Source: a virus (lineage: Duplodnaviria > Caudoviricetes). From it: 26,836 nt of DNA. Location of the stretch: IMG/VR virus record IMGVR_UViG_3300005254_000140, positions 1 through 26,836 of that record. One strand, given 5' to 3'. Positions 25,104 to 26,836 of the stretch are shown here, in pieces. Numbering within the stretch: position 1 is the stretch's first letter; the number at the start of each line of letters is the position of its first letter. Under the pieces are notes generated by a model, which saw nothing but the letters and a program-made list of their open reading frames with translations, ran no database searches and was not told the origin of the DNA. Made by a program: the position numbers and the translations under genes.

Positions 25104-25292
25104 GTGCCTGATTTCGCATTCATCAATGGTCAACCGGTCACCATCATAGTCAGCGGTGAGACTGGCAGGATTACCGCTCGTGCAGAGTATGCAAACACCG
25201 ATGACCACCGGTATCTCGTTCATTACAAGGCAGCAGATGGTCGCGCTGTTGAAGACTGGTGGTACGAAAGCCAACTGAAAGAAGCCAGATAA
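25104..25292 (+). CDS. Small SH3-like hypothetical protein (62 aa)
   Basis: AAGGAG RBS, GTG start; SGETGRITARAEY...DGRAVEDWW. Confidence 0.7.
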   Translation: MPDFAFINGQPVTIIVSGETGRITARAEYANTDDHRYLVHYKAADGRAVEDWWYESQLKEAR

Positions 25293-25331
25293 CTCAAGCC
25301 GCCAGGGACGGCGATTATAAGGAGATTAACC

Positions 25332-25817
25332 ATGCCCCACTTCGGCAACAGCTCACGCCGCAAGCTCGCCACTGCGCACCCCATGCTGCAGGAGCTCTGC
25401 AATCGCGTCGTTGAGCACCACGACATCACCATCCTCATCGGCCACCGCACCGAGGAAGAACAGAACGCCGCCCATGCCAGCGGCGCCAGCACCAAGCCGT
25501 TCCCGCAGAGCAAGCACAACGTGTTCCCCTCCATGGCCGTCGACGTCGCGCCGTGGCCCATCCCGGAAGGCTGGGGAGACCTCAACGGCCAGGCACCCAA
25601 GGCAAGGGACTTGGAATGGAAAGAGCGCGTGAAGTTCTACGAAATGATCGCCTGCTTCCGCTTTGCCTGGAACCAGATGATGAGCGACTTTCCCGAGCTG
25701 CGCTGGAAATACCGCCTGCGCTTCGGCGCCGACTGGGATGGCGACAACGACTATCGCGACCAGACCTTTGACGACCTGCCGCATATTGAGCTCATCGAGC
25801 TCAAGGCTGGTGTGTGA
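25332..25817 (+). CDS. M15-family zinc peptidase (L-Ala-D-Glu endopeptidase/endolysin-like)
   Basis: GHRTEEEQ, SKHN-x5-AVD, GADW and DLPHIEL motifs; TAAGGAG RBS. Confidence 0.88.
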   Translation: MPHFGNSSRRKLATAHPMLQELCNRVVEHHDITILIGHRTEEEQNAAHASGASTKPFPQSKHNVFPSMAVDVAPWPIPEGWGDLNGQAPKARDLEWKERVKFYEMIACFRFAWNQMMSDFPELRWKYRLRFGADWDGDNDYRDQTFDDLPHIELIELKAGV

Positions 25818-26113
25818 TGAAGGTTGAAATTCGTGCAGAGCGCGCTCCGTTTGAAGCGCGCATCGAACTGCTTGTTCGTGCAGGTAATGACGTCGGAACC
25901 AATATCACCATGCAAGAACATGACGGTGCTTCGAAGACTCTTCCTACCGTATCAATCCGCTTCGCAGAGGCACAACTTCTCATGGACGATCTTTGGCGCG
26001 CAGGCATACGACCGAGTGAAGGTGAGGGAAGCGCAGGTCAACTGAGGGCGACGCAGGAGCATCTTAAAGACCTGCGCAGCGTTGCCTTTCATGCACTAAA
26101 AATGGAGAAGTAA
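25817..26113 (+). CDS. Phage hypothetical protein
   Basis: [18 protein letters not shown]...HLKDLR; coupled to both neighbours. Confidence 0.7.
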   Translation: MKVEIRAERAPFEARIELLVRAGNDVGTNITMQEHDGASKTLPTVSIRFAEAQLLMDDLWRAGIRPSEGEGSAGQLRATQEHLKDLRSVAFHALKMEK

Positions 26114-26114
26114 C

Positions 26115-26564
26115 ATGGCCCGCAGCTTCCAACAGATGATCATCCTCGGCAACCTCGGCAAAGACCCCGAGGTCCGCTACACCGCCAGCGGAACCGCCGT
26201 GGCCACCATCACCGTCGCCACCACCGACAGCCGCAAGGACAAGAACAGCGGCGAGTGGACAGAGGAAACCGAATGGCACCGCGTCGTACTCTGGGGACGC
26301 CTCGCCGAGATCGCCGGCGAATACCTGCGCAAAGGACGCCAGGTGTTCATCACCGGCAAAAAGAAAACCCGCAAGTGGCAAGGGCAGGACGGCAAAGACC
26401 AGTACACCACCGAGATCGTCGCCGACACCATGGAGATCATCGGCGCCCGCGAGAACGACCGCGAAGGTCCTCCAGGGAATGGACCCGTCCACCACTCCCA
26501 GGAAAGCAACCAGCCAACCGGCGCCGGCAGCAACTGGAGCGAAGACGACGACATCCCGATGTAA
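26115..26564 (+). CDS. ssb: Single-stranded DNA-binding protein
   Basis: [25 protein letters not shown] and YTTEIV motifs; acidic tail DDDIPM. Confidence 0.95.
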   Translation: MARSFQQMIILGNLGKDPEVRYTASGTAVATITVATTDSRKDKNSGEWTEETEWHRVVLWGRLAEIAGEYLRKGRQVFITGKKKTRKWQGQDGKDQYTTEIVADTMEIIGARENDREGPPGNGPVHHSQESNQPTGAGSNWSEDDDIPM

Positions 26565-26566
26565 TC

Positions 26567-26836
26567 ATGAGCAAGCAGATCCCACTACAAGACTGGGCCG
26601 CCAGGCACTACGACCCGCCACCCGCCATCCGCACCCTACGTGCGTGGGCGCGTGACGGGCGTATCTACCCTGAGCCCGTGCTTGTCGGCCGTGAATACCG
26701 CGTCAGGGAAGACGCGGTCTACCAGCCGCCGCGGCGACCGCTTCGCATCCAACCCATAACCGTGCTAGATTCACAGGACTCTGTAGTCAATGACATCATC
26801 GCCAGTGGGAAGACCTCGCAGCGCCGGCAGGCGTGA
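26567..26836 (+). CDS. xis: Excisionase (lambda Xis-like)
   Basis: IPLQDWA...PPPAIRTLRAWARDGRIYPEPVLVGREYRVREDAVY, matching the lambda Xis winged-helix pattern. Confidence 0.85.
   Translation: MSKQIPLQDWAARHYDPPPAIRTLRAWARDGRIYPEPVLVGREYRVREDAVYQPPRRPLRIQPITVLDSQDSVVNDIIASGKTSQRRQA
26805..26836 (+). CDS. Probable start of the phage integrase (truncated by the window end)
   Basis: GTG-GGA-AGA-CCT-CGC reads MGRPRSAGRR, resembling the lambda Int N-terminus and overlapping the xis 3' end. Only 10 codons are visible. Confidence 0.45.
   Translation, partial: MGRPRSAGRR

Noticed and set aside
22879-25274. Long minus-strand ORFs (22919-23611, 23823-25274)
   Set aside because: These are antisense shadows of the plus-strand early genes.
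26805-26836. The downstream integrase as the IntI serving the attC array
   Set aside because: The visible N-terminus and xis linkage indicate a lambda-type phage integrase. The IntI-specific insertion cannot be assessed because the gene lies outside the window.

Overview
This window is part of a temperate (pro)phage from a GC-rich proteobacterium. The minus strand carries a Mu-like contractile tail module (tape measure 5' part, chaperone with a Mu-type -2 frameshift, tube, sheath). It also carries a lambda-type head and packaging module (protease-capsid fusion, portal, gpW-like adaptor, terminase, putative cos) and a VirE/Toprim primase replication module with an iteron-rich origin. A cro/cI switch with shared operators follows. 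The plus strand carries the early operon (frameshifted ParB-like gene, M15 peptidase, ssb, xis, probable start of int). The standout feature is an array of integron-type attC sites with three gene cassettes (about 10.26-11.58 kb), inserted between the adaptor gene region and the portal gene. No integron integrase is present in the window. All cassette genes are antisense to the attC top strand, so they are co-oriented with the phage late operon, and the terminal gene of each cassette stops inside an R' box. All family assignments come from motif recognition and gene order; no database searches were run.
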